Part shown: positions 8,053-17,874 of the stretch, piece by piece | How positions within the stretch are numbered: the first letter of the stretch is position 1 | How the letters are laid out: each line of letters begins with the position of its first letter | Source: a virus | Virus record (IMG/VR): IMGVR_UViG_3300029787_004704 | Coordinates: 1-64,000 of that record | Strand: one strand, 5' to 3' | Length of the DNA stretch: 64,000 nt | Notes under the pieces: model-generated | The model's input: only the letters and a program-made list of their open reading frames with translations | Told to the model about the DNA's origin: nothing | Databases searched by the model: none | Program-made: the position numbers and the translations under genes

Positions 8053-9006
8053 TTATTCACACAATTTTTTTAAAATATTTTTATTATGCTCGCACTGTGA
8101 TCTAGTCTTATTCCATATGTCTTGCCATGAAATATTATGCAGTATATGATCTATTACATTACATGTTTCATCAACTCTAGTCCAGCCAGATGACTCATCG
8201 TACTCTTCGGACCATGCATGATTGAATGTTTCAAACCCTTGTTTATGTAACCAGTCAAGGTAGCCGGGTGCCGCAAGTGCAACAAATGGCCTGCCTCTAA
8301 GCATGGGTCTAATAATTTTTTCTGATAGACAGTATTCATTTTCCATTACCGATTCGCATACAATTTCGAGACAAGTATTATTGTATGCAGGATAAGAAGA
8401 CCAATGGAAGTCACCGTCATACAATTGATTGTGTGTTTGAACATCGCCGATATCATCTATCAAAATATTATCACGACTACACCATGCTGAAAAAACATCA
8501 TGCCACTTACTATCAGGTCTTGTTTCCTTCCAGAAGGTATCTAGTCCTTGTTGATCCATAAAGTTTTCGCTTAACTGATAAGATATTTTTACGCGGTTAC
8601 GATGATGATACCAACACCAAGCTGTCACTGCTGTGCGTTGCCATGTAGGTCTACCAATCATGTGCAACAGCATAGGACCTGAATCAGGCTCTGCTTGATT
8701 TAACGCAACTGATGGATTGCCTAAGTTTCTAAAGGCATACCTATCTTGCATTATTGGCATGTTGTATTGTTTTGGATCTATAACTGCAAAAATTCCGTCT
8801 AACACACACGTCTCGGGATCTATATTCAAATAATGACATGCAGATTTTATCATAGGCCATATATCAATAAATGAAACATCCCATGACACAAATGTTCGAT
8901 TGTGCGTTGATGCTGATAGAAAATTTAAAACAGCTACAAAAAAATCTCCTGTTTCTGTTTTATTAAAATGTCTAGACAAATAATTATCTACATTAAAAAT
9001 TGTCAT
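8053..9006 (-). CDS. putative glycosyltransferase (GT10-like 'TEK' family), paralogue 1
   Basis: EIVCES...LSEKIIRPM..GRPF...GFETF...E.YD. Confidence 0.55.
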   Translation of the reverse strand: MTIFNVDNYLSRHFNKTETGDFFVAVLNFLSASTHNRTFVSWDVSFIDIWPMIKSACHYLNIDPETCVLDGIFAVIDPKQYNMPIMQDRYAFRNLGNPSVALNQAEPDSGPMLLHMIGRPTWQRTAVTAWCWYHHRNRVKISYQLSENFMDQQGLDTFWKETRPDSKWHDVFSAWCSRDNILIDDIGDVQTHNQLYDGDFHWSSYPAYNNTCLEIVCESVMENEYCLSEKIIRPMLRGRPFVALAAPGYLDWLHKQGFETFNHAWSEEYDESSGWTRVDETCNVIDHILHNISWQDIWNKTRSQCEHNKNILKKLCE

Positions 9007-10016
9007 ATGGTGGTCAATCTCTTTATTTTTTTAGCAACATGTTGCAGATAAGATGGGCCTGCTTGTATCTGTTGCAGTCTCGTCTTGTTGTGATTAACAA
9101 TATGTTGTAGTTCATCTAGATGTTTGCCTGCTTTAAGAAAATGATCAACAGCAGATAGACACATCTTGATTCTAGTTTCAAGATCAGTTTCGCTATCATA
9201 TGACTCATCAATATAAGGATGAAACGTTTTGAATCCCATTTGTCGTAATCGTCTAAGATAGCCATAGTGACCCACAACCACAAATGCTTGTTGAGCCGCA
9301 ATTGGTTTCATAATTTTCTCAGTAATGAAAAATTTATTGTGGCTGGTCTCAGGCACAATTTCTAAAATACATTCTTGGTGCCATCTTTCCAGTATACAAT
9401 CGGCATTAACTTTCAATGCAGTATCAACGATATCTGATCTTTTTTTTATGCGTGGCCTAAACATTTTTGAAACAACTGCATCATGTTCTTGTGTAATTTG
9501 ATCATAAACAAACCAATAAGGTTTATAATCAAACAACGGCTGTATGTGCTTTGTCACAAGATCACGATGCACAGCATGTCTTCGCATGGTGCAACACCAA
9601 CCTTTTCTTTGGAGCAACGTCTTACTGTCAGTCTTGGGTACTGGTTGACTCCATACAAACTGACTCCATGGTGAAGAAATATGTTGTGGACTACTGTGTG
9701 GTATCAGTGCATCACCTATGAACGTTTTATTTTGTGTTACAACATCTTGATAATATCGTGCATACAATAATGAAACATCAACATCATAATAGTATGTGTG
9801 ATTGTTTATAGTAATCCAAGGACAAAACTTTGGTTGGGTTTTATCACGTGATACGATCTGCATCCGAACATTCAATTCGTTTGCCAATAGAATTGCTTCG
9901 AGTGGGCCTTGCACCAAACTGTTTGGCATCGGAAGTTTTTTGTTTCGTCTTATCTGTGCTCTAGGTATATCAACACCTGTACCCGGCTGATACACATTGT
10001 CATTCGTCATCATCAA
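9003..10016 (-). CDS. putative glycosyltransferase (GT10-like), paralogue 2
   Basis: EIVPET...ITEKIMKPI...GFKTFHPYIDESYD. Confidence 0.55.
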   Translation of the reverse strand: MMMTNDNVYQPGTGVDIPRAQIRRNKKLPMPNSLVQGPLEAILLANELNVRMQIVSRDKTQPKFCPWITINNHTYYYDVDVSLLYARYYQDVVTQNKTFIGDALIPHSSPQHISSPWSQFVWSQPVPKTDSKTLLQRKGWCCTMRRHAVHRDLVTKHIQPLFDYKPYWFVYDQITQEHDAVVSKMFRPRIKKRSDIVDTALKVNADCILERWHQECILEIVPETSHNKFFITEKIMKPIAAQQAFVVVGHYGYLRRLRQMGFKTFHPYIDESYDSETDLETRIKMCLSAVDHFLKAGKHLDELQHIVNHNKTRLQQIQAGPSYLQHVAKKIKRLTTI

Positions 10017-10731
10017 ATATACGTTTCACTATTTCATCATACAGCAGTTTGTGTCCATTGCGATCAGGATGTTGCCCGTCACGTGCAAACCATTCGTGGT
10101 CGTCACGTGCTGTATTTTTCTTTATCACAGCATCCATTACCTTCACAGTTTGGTTTTTATCTTGCCCGTCGAGCGTGTTTACTAACCATTCAACATCATC
10201 CCATTGTGAATCAGCGGCCGTCGCGGTGAACTGATCAATCCATGATGGCCATAACACGTTGATACCAAGTGCTTCATATGGGGCAGGATTCAGACTGCAC
10301 AGTCCCCCAACCACCCAAAAGTCTTGTCCTTGAAAGTTTTTGTGTATCTCAGATGCCAACCATGTATCGTAATCATCTGCTAGTTTTTGCCAATCATGGT
10401 GTTGGTTCCACCAATACAGCCATATCTTGTATCGGTTTTGATCTATGTTGTCATCAATAGCCTGTAATGGATGGAATAATAAATCTCTAATTGGATCGGT
10501 CTTGACCAATAACCAATGCATCACATTCATATCTTTCAGATGTGTCAGATTCTTTAAAGCATCACGATTGCTTAATCCATTCTGTCCTACATTGATAGTT
10601 TGATAATTGTTAGACTCTAGATAAAAAGATAAACCTCTGTGTGTAATTTGATATTCATCGCCCACATGTGAAAACTCTCCTTGTGTGTACGAACAACCTG
10701 ATACAGCAAGATTATAATACCATCTAGGCAT
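10000..10731 (-). CDS. SGNH-like protein
   Basis: SGCSYTQG, GLSN, DGQHPDRNGH. Confidence 0.6.
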   Translation of the reverse strand: MPRWYYNLAVSGCSYTQGEFSHVGDEYQITHRGLSFYLESNNYQTINVGQNGLSNRDALKNLTHLKDMNVMHWLLVKTDPIRDLLFHPLQAIDDNIDQNRYKIWLYWWNQHHDWQKLADDYDTWLASEIHKNFQGQDFWVVGGLCSLNPAPYEALGINVLWPSWIDQFTATAADSQWDDVEWLVNTLDGQDKNQTVKVMDAVIKKNTARDDHEWFARDGQHPDRNGHKLLYDEIVKRIFDDDE

Positions 10732-11891
10732 TACTTTCTTCCGTAGTGTACAACTTTAATTTTATCGTAGAATGTATTGTATTTTCTGTACATGTCGACA
10801 ACTACAGATCCTTCTGCAAAGTTGCCTGCTGAATAGTCAACTGGATGTGCTAACAGATACACTGCAGGAGAAACACTGTATTGATCATATGTAACTTTTT
10901 GTCCTGCTTGTTCAACATAGTGTCCAACCAACATTGATGTTGAACCATCTGTTAGATTAGTTTCTGGTTTGAATGATTTACCTAATATGTGTACAGGCAA
11001 ATTGTGACTTAATAATTCTTTGGCAACATTTTCTGCTTGTATCTCTCTTGCCTGCATAATAGATTTGAATAGGTCATAACCTAGATCTAATTTTTCTGCT
11101 AACCAACTCAATGCAATATTATCTCTAGGATGACATGGTCCGCCATCTCCCATTCCTGGTTCCATATACTTGTCTGATACAATTCTGTCTGCATGTCTAA
11201 GAGACTCTGCTATCACAGTTGGATTAGCATGTCCAATTTTGTTTGTAACATCTTGAATCATATTGGCAATGCCTACCTTGGCTGAAATATATGTGTTGTG
11301 GAATATCTTTATACACTCTGCTTCTTCCCATGTACCTAATGTAGTGTGTGGTATTCTTTTTGTTTGCACTGTTTTATAAAACTCTACCAACTTGTCTGCT
11401 TTCTTTTTATTCTCTTCAGTTGGGTAACGATCAAATCCTAACATCATAATGTCTGGAGCAAGAAAGTCTTCGGTCACTGTACCCATAGCAATCAGATAAG
11501 GATTGTAAACAAATCGATCACCAATGCCAAGTTCAGTTAACATTGGCCTAAGTGTGCCTGGAAGCACAGTTGATATGTTTACTATCATTGCATCTTTAGG
11601 AGCATACTCTACAAGATGTGTTAGTGTCTTTTTTAAATATTGATAATCAAAGTCTTTAGTAGGCAATTCAGATGAAGGAGCTTCGCCTCCATATGCTGGA
11701 TCATGTGGAGTAGGCACAGCAATAAAAATTATTTCTGAACCGTTACAAGCATTGAATAATGAATTACAAATTTGTATTTTTTCATTTCTAATATTGGTAT
11801 CAACATCATAACCTTTTACATCATGCTGTTCAGCCATTACTTCCGCAACTGGTAATCCTAGTTTACCTAGTCCTATCATTGTCACTTGCAT
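10731..11891 (-). CDS. ugd: UDP-glucose/GDP-mannose dehydrogenase family
   Basis: IGLGKLGLP, IAVPTP, STVLPGT, GDGGPCHPRD, SFKPET. Confidence 0.9.
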   Translation of the reverse strand: MQVTMIGLGKLGLPVAEVMAEQHDVKGYDVDTNIRNEKIQICNSLFNACNGSEIIFIAVPTPHDPAYGGEAPSSELPTKDFDYQYLKKTLTHLVEYAPKDAMIVNISTVLPGTLRPMLTELGIGDRFVYNPYLIAMGTVTEDFLAPDIMMLGFDRYPTEENKKKADKLVEFYKTVQTKRIPHTTLGTWEEAECIKIFHNTYISAKVGIANMIQDVTNKIGHANPTVIAESLRHADRIVSDKYMEPGMGDGGPCHPRDNIALSWLAEKLDLGYDLFKSIMQAREIQAENVAKELLSHNLPVHILGKSFKPETNLTDGSTSMLVGHYVEQAGQKVTYDQYSVSPAVYLLAHPVDYSAGNFAEGSVVVDMYRKYNTFYDKIKVVHYGRK

Positions 11892-12037
11892 TATCTTGCC
11901 TTTCCTTGCCCGCGATATGCTTTGAAATTTCTACGTTTGTGTTTGTTCTTGGGTCTTGTTCTAATGCTGTGACCAATGCTAGTTCTTTTTCTTACAGGAG
12001 TTCTGTATGCTGAAGTAGTATTGCCACGTGCTTTCAT
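11891..12037 (-). CDS. small basic protein ending YRGQG (48 aa, not in ORF track)
   Basis: MKARGNTTSAYRTPVRKRTSIGHSIRTRPKNKHKRRNFKAYRGQGKAR; TAATG coupling to ugd. Confidence 0.7.
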   Translation of the reverse strand: MKARGNTTSAYRTPVRKRTSIGHSIRTRPKNKHKRRNFKAYRGQGKAR

Positions 12038-12071
12038 ACACTAATTTATACTTTAAATATATTGGGCGTTG

Positions 12072-12620
12072 TTAATATGGCACTAATGAATTTAGAAAAT
12101 CCTCAGATGCTTTGTTGGCGTTTCTAGATATAATTCTATGCCACATTTTTGATTTGCGTTTATAGTTGGCCCAAACTATTTCGTTGTATTCGTCTTCTAA
12201 CCAAATTTTATTATCCACTTCAGCATCTAGTTGGCCAGGCTGCCACGAGCAAAATCCTAGCATAATCTTATAAAAAGTAGGCCCTTTTCCACGTGCAATA
12301 TCTTCAGCAATCTGTTCATTGAATGTGATTGCACAGTAATCATTCATTTGATTACTGCCTGAGATCATATAATCTAAACTGTGAATAATGGTAACTTTTT
12401 CTGTGGCCATAGGGCCACCACAGTATATTGGTTGTTTAGGCAACACTGTCTTGATCCCATATATTCTACTGATTTGACTGTAATCTATATTCATTACTTG
12501 TTGATTCATTATGAATCCTATGGTGCTGTCAATTTGATTGCCCAACATAATCACGGCATGTTGCCATAGATTGAAGTTATTGGCATTGACGTTTTTGCCT
12601 GACAGTATTAATTCGCTCAC
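12072..12620 (-). CDS. YqgE/AlgH family protein
   Basis: GFIMN, YCGGPM, IIHS, LGFCSWQPGQLDAEV...W; GTG start after TAAATA. Confidence 0.8.
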   Translation of the reverse strand: MSELILSGKNVNANNFNLWQHAVIMLGNQIDSTIGFIMNQQVMNIDYSQISRIYGIKTVLPKQPIYCGGPMATEKVTIIHSLDYMISGSNQMNDYCAITFNEQIAEDIARGKGPTFYKIMLGFCSWQPGQLDAEVDNKIWLEDEYNEIVWANYKRKSKMWHRIISRNANKASEDFLNSLVPY

Positions 12621-12658
12621 ATAAATATTTACATTATAAGTAGTAAGAGTAACAATTA

Positions 12659-13585
12659 ATGAGCACATACAAACTTACATTTTCAACTATGCACAATGCC
12701 TGGGCTAATGACGAAAAGATCAGTGCGGCAGGCCAAGATGCAGGCGATTCTACAAATCCATACTCGGACACAGCATACACAGTAACCCTCACTTTAGACG
12801 GCACACAGGTTGCTGAAGCAGAGGTTGACGGCTCGGCAACATTGTCATTTGATGCTGATCTAAGTGCAGGCAATCATGTCCTGGTTGCAACTTGCTCGGC
12901 TGGAACCGCTGGTGTGGTAATTGATAAGTTTGAAATAGGCTCTAACGAAGTAGTTGCTTCAAGATTAAAATACAACGAAGTAACAGCAGGTGGATCAGAT
13001 TTACTTAGATGGAAACTGTGTCATCCATGGACTAGTTGTGATGAATCATCAACTTATAATGTATGGTGGTCAATGGTCAAAGAAGACGGTTCATTCTTGT
13101 TGAACGCAATGACATATAGACCGCCGCTGTTTGCAGGCAACGAAATGCATTTCAATCTAACAAAACATTCTAACAATGTGTTGTCATTAACAGATACATA
13201 TGCATTTGATCCTGCCTCTGTAAATTTTGATTCTACAGAAACAACCAAATATTATTTGGCAGTGAAACCATCTTCTATAGTTGGATCTGCAGAGCAAGAT
13301 CCAAATAGTGTTGAACTACCAGATAGTTCAACAGATGAAGATTCATCTGCAACTTATGATGGAAGTTCTGCCGCGGATGCGAGCATGGTTGATTCATCTA
13401 CTCCACAATACATTGGCCCGGGCCAGTATGATGAAAATCTTGTGTGGCACAGTGATTCAATTGATGACAGCGATGATACTGCTGACAGAATTGTTATACT
13501 ATCCAAAACAGAATGGCAGAGAGCTAGAATAGTGTACAACTGGTCCAACGCCGGCAATTCAATCACACCAATCACAGTAACATAA
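12659..13585 (+). CDS. acidic S/T-rich putative virion protein
   Basis: beta-rich composition, repeated DST/DSST motifs, TAAGTA upstream. Confidence 0.55.
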   Translation: MSTYKLTFSTMHNAWANDEKISAAGQDAGDSTNPYSDTAYTVTLTLDGTQVAEAEVDGSATLSFDADLSAGNHVLVATCSAGTAGVVIDKFEIGSNEVVASRLKYNEVTAGGSDLLRWKLCHPWTSCDESSTYNVWWSMVKEDGSFLLNAMTYRPPLFAGNEMHFNLTKHSNNVLSLTDTYAFDPASVNFDSTETTKYYLAVKPSSIVGSAEQDPNSVELPDSSTDEDSSATYDGSSAADASMVDSSTPQYIGPGQYDENLVWHSDSIDDSDDTADRIVILSKTEWQRARIVYNWSNAGNSITPITVT

Positions 13586-13586
13586 C

Positions 13587-13808
13587 ATGAGTGCCAACGG
13601 AATATCACATTTGGCCAATAAGAGACAAAGACAAGAACAAAAGTTGGCACTGGCGGCAAGTAAGAGAGCAAGTGAAGGCAAACGTTCTACTTTAAAAAAA
13701 GCACAGATGCCTACGCTGTATTCTTCAGGAGGCAAAAATAATGCCGATGATCGTAAACTGATGCAAGACGGAAGCACACCATTGACTCCTGGGCGACCTT
13801 GGCAATAA
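13587..13808 (+). CDS. small basic phage protein
   Basis: 73 aa, 1 nt after upstream stop, ends GRPW. Confidence 0.6.
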   Translation: MSANGISHLANKRQRQEQKLALAASKRASEGKRSTLKKAQMPTLYSSGGKNNADDRKLMQDGSTPLTPGRPWQ

Positions 13809-13899
13809 TTCACTCTTAACATTATAACTTTTACAACCAAGTAAATACTATTACTGTTTGAGTCAAATCAAACATTAGGCAAACACAAGCAAAGGCAAT

Positions 13900-15591
13900 A
13901 TGAAAGACACAAAGGCACTAGATCAAATAGGCGAACTTACCTCGCGTTTTGTACGCACTTGCCCTCCAACATTAAAGTATCAAGAAAGACTCGCAGAAGA
14001 GATGGAGATCATACTCTCGTTACGATTCGTTGACTACTTCGGTCAAATCAGAGATATCTTAGATCTTACCACAGACATACCACACATGACACGTGGCTCT
14101 GCTGGATCTTCATTGGTGTGTTACCTAATGGGAATAACAGACGTTGACCCAATGCAGTGGGACATTCCTGTGGCACGGTTTCTCAATCCCAAGCGAGACG
14201 ACTTACCAGATGTTGATATTGATTATCCTCACTATCGACAAGAAGAAGTTATGAATCGCATATTCAAAAAATGGCCAGGCAAGTCAGCACGTATATCAAA
14301 CTATGTGTTGTACAAAGACAAGTCTGCCAAGCGAGAAGCGGCAAAACGATTAGGGTACAAGGGACGACTGCCCAGGAAGTTTACCTATGAATCACTAGGC
14401 ATAGATCCAAAAGAAGCAAAGCGAATAGAAAACAAACTGAAAGGCAAAAAGAAATGTATATCAAAACACTGTGGAGGCATCTTAATGTTTACAAGGCAAT
14501 TACCAAAATCTTTAATATCACAAACAAATCAAATACTGTTGGACAAAAACGAAGTGGAGGATCTGGAACATCTCAAAGTGGACATCCTAGCCAACAGAGG
14601 ACTCAGTCAACTGCTGGACATAGATCCGATAACAAAGTTATACGAGTATCCAGAGATAGACGAGGCTACTTCGTCTTTGTTGAGTCGGGGAGACGTGTTG
14701 GGGGTAACCCAAGGAGAGTCACCCGCCATGAGAAGGTTGTTTAGAGCCATTCGACCAACATCAATGAGAGACTGTGTATTTGCCACGGCACTGATTAGGC
14801 CAGTGGCCATGCAAGGCAGACGCAAGGCATCTTTCTTCAACGACTGGACTGCTGACAGAGTATCGGACGTTGTGGTATGTGAAGATGATGCTATCATACA
14901 GATAGCACAGTTGATTGGATGTAACTACTATGAAGCAGACATGTATCGCAGAGCATTTGCTAAGAAGAATGAAGAACGTGTGATGGAGTTCATGACCAGG
15001 CTGGGCGATCATCCACGCAAGGATGAAGTGTTTGCAACACTACAAGAGTTAAGTGGTTTTGGATTGTGTAAGGCCCATGCTGTGAACTTAGGCAGATTGA
15101 TATGGGCATTAGCATATCAGAAAGCACACAACCAAAAAGGATTCTGGTCAGCCGCACTCAAACACTGTCACGGTTCCTACAAGAAATGGGTATACAAGAC
15201 AGAAGCCAAACGTGTTGGACTCACTCCTGTCACAGTATCTAAGTCTGATCAGTTTGACGATCCTGCATGGCAGTACAAGAAGTATGGATGGTGGTCATCG
15301 GAAAAATTCTTGCCAGGCTTCTACACACGGTCACTGTATCTAGATCGTATAGAATTTGCTGGATTGGTTGCTAATGGTAGAGTGTACAAGAGCGGACACA
15401 AAAAGTACGTGACCTTTGTAACACTAGGAGTAGACAACGGTTATTATGTGGATTGCACAATTAATCAACCATTTGCATATTCAGACACAGATGTCATACG
15501 TGGCATAGGTAAAATAAAACATCTAAACAATTCTGATTACATTGAAGTTATTGAATGTGAAAGTTTAAAGATTGATCAGTTTTACAATTAG
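13900..15591 (+). CDS. dnaE: minimal DNA polymerase III alpha-like protein (no PHP domain)
   Basis: RGSAGSSLVCY, RFLNP.R...PDVDID, HCGG, KVDIL, GLCKAHA, C-terminal OB-like segment. Confidence 0.85.
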   Translation: MKDTKALDQIGELTSRFVRTCPPTLKYQERLAEEMEIILSLRFVDYFGQIRDILDLTTDIPHMTRGSAGSSLVCYLMGITDVDPMQWDIPVARFLNPKRDDLPDVDIDYPHYRQEEVMNRIFKKWPGKSARISNYVLYKDKSAKREAAKRLGYKGRLPRKFTYESLGIDPKEAKRIENKLKGKKKCISKHCGGILMFTRQLPKSLISQTNQILLDKNEVEDLEHLKVDILANRGLSQLLDIDPITKLYEYPEIDEATSSLLSRGDVLGVTQGESPAMRRLFRAIRPTSMRDCVFATALIRPVAMQGRRKASFFNDWTADRVSDVVVCEDDAIIQIAQLIGCNYYEADMYRRAFAKKNEERVMEFMTRLGDHPRKDEVFATLQELSGFGLCKAHAVNLGRLIWALAYQKAHNQKGFWSAALKHCHGSYKKWVYKTEAKRVGLTPVTVSKSDQFDDPAWQYKKYGWWSSEKFLPGFYTRSLYLDRIEFAGLVANGRVYKSGHKKYVTFVTLGVDNGYYVDCTINQPFAYSDTDVIRGIGKIKHLNNSDYIEVIECESLKIDQFYN

Positions 15592-16997
15592 TTGTCTTTG
15601 TTCATGTTAGCAATCAACTGTTTGATCTTTGATGACTCGATGTTTGCTTTAACTTTGCCAACATCGTCGCCTTCTGCTTTGTGTTCTTCTTTTGGTTCTT
15701 CTGATACTGTAGAAGTTCTTTTCAAGTTTTGATATATGCTTGGTGCTTGTTTCTTGAATGATTGATATTCCTCATCTTCAGCCAAGTCATGTATTCTCAA
15801 TGTGTCTATGTTAAATTCTAAATCAACCTTGTGTCCAACACCGGAACTTGATCTAGTTTTCATAAACTGTATTTGATACTTGCCACGTTCTCTCATTGCT
15901 CTGCTTGTAAAAATACCAATCACATTGTCTGCTGTTTGTATCTTAGACAGTCCGCCACTGATATGCGAATGATCAAACTCTATCTCTTCAACACTTGCTC
16001 TGTTCAACTGCGAAGCAGTAATCATCACACAGTTTAAATCCACTGCTAAGTTTCTAAGTTCTTCAGACACATATTTGTCTTTCACAAACAAGTCCGATGG
16101 TGATACACGTTTGTTGATAGGCATCAACAGATCTAGATAGTCAATCAATATCACATCACATTTAACATTGTGCTGAATTTCAAACTCTTTGATGTATGCT
16201 CTCACATCAATTGCAGTTGCACCACTTGGAAGATATTTTATACGCAACTTGCCCGACTCTTTTGCTTTCATCTTAACTTTAAGATCAACTGTGTCTAAGT
16301 CTTTGTATATGTCTCTTGTGTTTGTGTCAGTCATCATTGCGTCTATTCTCATGGCAGTCAAGTTCTCACTCAACTCTAATGTCACATACACAGCATTCAA
16401 TCCTTGTTCAACATAGTTGCAAGCCAAGTTTTGTAAAAACAAACTCTTACCAGCACCAGAGCCGCCTGCAAATATATTCAACTCGCCTCTGTTAAATCCA
16501 CCAAACAGTTTCTTATCAAAGTTCTTCCATCCTGTGGCCATTACACCATTGTTGTCTTTAAGTGCTTGAAGTCTTGCTTTTGGATCTTCAAAATAGTCAG
16601 TACCCATATCTCGAGTCAAACCAATTTGAACAGCCTCTTTGATCATTCCTTCTACAGGCCCAAACTCACCCTTCTCTAACAAGTCTGCAGATTTCAATAT
16701 GGCTGATTCTAATTCTTTGTGTCTTGAAAAAGATTCATACTCATCTAAGAACCATTCAAAATGTTTTGGGTCAATATCAGCCGCACTCAGTAAAGTAGAT
16801 CCTGTCTTTGCATTGACCATCTCAACTTCTGGCAACGTTTTATATTCTTGTGCATACTCATGAATAAACTTGGCCGCTTCACGCAGTTCAGCATCATAAT
16901 GTCTATAGAAGAAAATGTTCTGTGCTCTCACAAACGATTCGTTGTCTGCCAGAAACATTTCTAAGAATAATTTTTGTAAGTCCTTTGTATATTCCAC
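15588..16997 (-). CDS. 41: replicative DNA helicase (T4 gp41/DnaB-like)
   Basis: Walker A GGSGAGKS, TLELSE, IDYLDL, TASQLNR, KTRSS. Confidence 0.92.
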   Translation of the reverse strand: MEYTKDLQKLFLEMFLADNESFVRAQNIFFYRHYDAELREAAKFIHEYAQEYKTLPEVEMVNAKTGSTLLSAADIDPKHFEWFLDEYESFSRHKELESAILKSADLLEKGEFGPVEGMIKEAVQIGLTRDMGTDYFEDPKARLQALKDNNGVMATGWKNFDKKLFGGFNRGELNIFAGGSGAGKSLFLQNLACNYVEQGLNAVYVTLELSENLTAMRIDAMMTDTNTRDIYKDLDTVDLKVKMKAKESGKLRIKYLPSGATAIDVRAYIKEFEIQHNVKCDVILIDYLDLLMPINKRVSPSDLFVKDKYVSEELRNLAVDLNCVMITASQLNRASVEEIEFDHSHISGGLSKIQTADNVIGIFTSRAMRERGKYQIQFMKTRSSSGVGHKVDLEFNIDTLRIHDLAEDEEYQSFKKQAPSIYQNLKRTSTVSEEPKEEHKAEGDDVGKVKANIESSKIKQLIANMNKDN

Positions 16998-17010
16998 AGT
17001 TTATATTATA

Positions 17011-17874
17011 TTACATTCCAATGACTCTGTCATTCGGATAATTGGTTATTAGTAATTCTTTTCTCTCTTTTTGGTCTTTCATGTATGTACCTGTACTTCT
17101 CATGGTGTACTTCAAATCCCATTCCATTAATGTGAATGTGTCAAACAAATCGGTTATAGTTTGGTTTGAATTGTATGTAATCATAAAGTTTGCTCTTAAT
17201 TTTTTTATGTCTTCTGCAAACTTATCATGACTAAACCCTTTGTGTTGTTCTCCGTTACGCCCATACAAATTTGCTTTTATATCATATGGTGGATCCAAGA
17301 ATACAAAATCTCCTTCTAGGTCATGACTGCCCCAGTTTGCTTTGAGTATATTTGAATAATCAGTACAAGTAATTTTCCATTCTTTAATAAGTTTTTGATA
17401 ATGCACAAGATTTTTGATGTTGTTGATTGTAAAATTTCCGTCATATGCTTGTTTAGAAAATGAACTTGCTTCAGTCAAACCTGAGAACGAACATTTGTTT
17501 AGAATAAAAAAACATATTCCTACAGTGTATTCGTCGCCTGTGATGATTAATTCTTTTGCATCACGAAACATTTGTTTTTGGTCATCTATTGAATTGTATG
17601 TTGATGCTTTAATTTTTAACAAGTCTATGGCCATTCTACTGCCTTGATCTTTTAAAGTTTTCCAAAATGCTATCAGTGGATAGTAGGAATCATTGACCCA
17701 AACAGGTACCCATGGCATATTTTTTGTAACATACAAAGCCATAGATCCGCCACCTACAAAAGGGTCTCTATATGCAGAAACTCTTTCTGGCAACAAAGTA
17801 CCTAGATAGTTTACTGCTCTAGATTTGCCTCCAGGATATCTTAGTGGTGTTTTAAGAGAGCCAAAGTTTTTCAT
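17011..17874 (-). CDS. dam: DNA N6-adenine methyltransferase (D12/Dam family)
   Basis: LRYPGGKS, PFVGGGS, FLDPPY, ELLITNY; target sequence not determinable. Confidence 0.88.
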   Translation of the reverse strand: MKNFGSLKTPLRYPGGKSRAVNYLGTLLPERVSAYRDPFVGGGSMALYVTKNMPWVPVWVNDSYYPLIAFWKTLKDQGSRMAIDLLKIKASTYNSIDDQKQMFRDAKELIITGDEYTVGICFFILNKCSFSGLTEASSFSKQAYDGNFTINNIKNLVHYQKLIKEWKITCTDYSNILKANWGSHDLEGDFVFLDPPYDIKANLYGRNGEQHKGFSHDKFAEDIKKLRANFMITYNSNQTITDLFDTFTLMEWDLKYTMRSTGTYMKDQKERKELLITNYPNDRVIGM

